Shown one piece after another: positions 63,970-64,000 of a DNA stretch of 64,000 nucleotides. Under the pieces are notes generated by a model. It was not told the origin of the DNA. It saw only the letters and a program-made list of their open reading frames with translations, and ran no database searches. The translations under genes were made by a program, and so were the position numbers. Source of the stretch: Candidatus Ventricola sp. (GTDB lineage: Bacteria; Bacillota; Clostridia; Christensenellales; Aristaeellaceae); contig JBJEUH010000077.1 of assembly GCA_051883735.1 (NCBI GenBank), positions 2,043-66,042 on the forward strand, read 5' to 3'. Position 1 is the first letter of the stretch; each line of letters opens with the position of its first letter.

Positions 63970-64000
63970 ACGCTTCTTCTCCTTATCAGTTCAGCCTCTC

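Overview
The window is visibly GC-rich (roughly two-thirds G+C by eye, not computed) and looks like core chromosome of an endospore-forming Clostridia-class Firmicute. About 65 of about 72 genes are on the minus strand, in three blocks syntenic with Bacillus.

(1) 14-18372: recN-argR-nadK-tlyA-dxs-oapA-[~600-nt non-coding RNA]-PAP2-ispA-xseB-xseA-folD-Kae1-like-nusB-DUF2273-amaP-asp23, preceded by spoIIIAA-AH.
(2) 39116-45175: rnpB, a COG1579 Zn-ribbon protein, a fused trmK-NIF3 gene, sigA and dnaG.
(3) 46615-59855: thiN-rpe-rsgA-pknB-stp-rlmN-rsmB-fmt-def ... priA.

Between the blocks lie nifS-thiI, a type III PLP decarboxylase, tadA, degV, an orphan ParB-like gene, comEC, a MATE pump, and a polysaccharide locus with four tandem GT2 genes, a pyruvyl transferase and an FrhB-like Fe-S protein. 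The right end carries an aminotransferase, a WYL regulator, a Zn-ribbon protein, an SRAP/YedK peptidase and a P-loop kinase.

The most notable element is the ~600-nt ORF-free, lower-GC transcript between a PAP2-like gene and a 4-TM protein upstream of dxs. Its position, size and partner gene fit OLE RNA with oapA.

Other observations:
- an RNase P RNA with a consensus promoter
- a promoter-to-terminator mini-unit upstream of def
- a 23-bp exact repeat over the priA promoter core and next to the WYL-regulator promoter
- three small families of intergenic hairpin repeats
- a 9-bp coding tandem repeat in rsmB
- a trmK-NIF3 gene fusion
- an opposite-strand pair of uncharacterised genes inserted in the priA-def operon

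No CRISPR array, tRNA, rRNA, transposase or integrase was seen. CDS starts were refined from the ORF track by codon counting plus Shine-Dalgarno (SD) inspection. Coordinates of non-coding features were hand-indexed and may be off by 1-3 nt. No database search or folding program was run.
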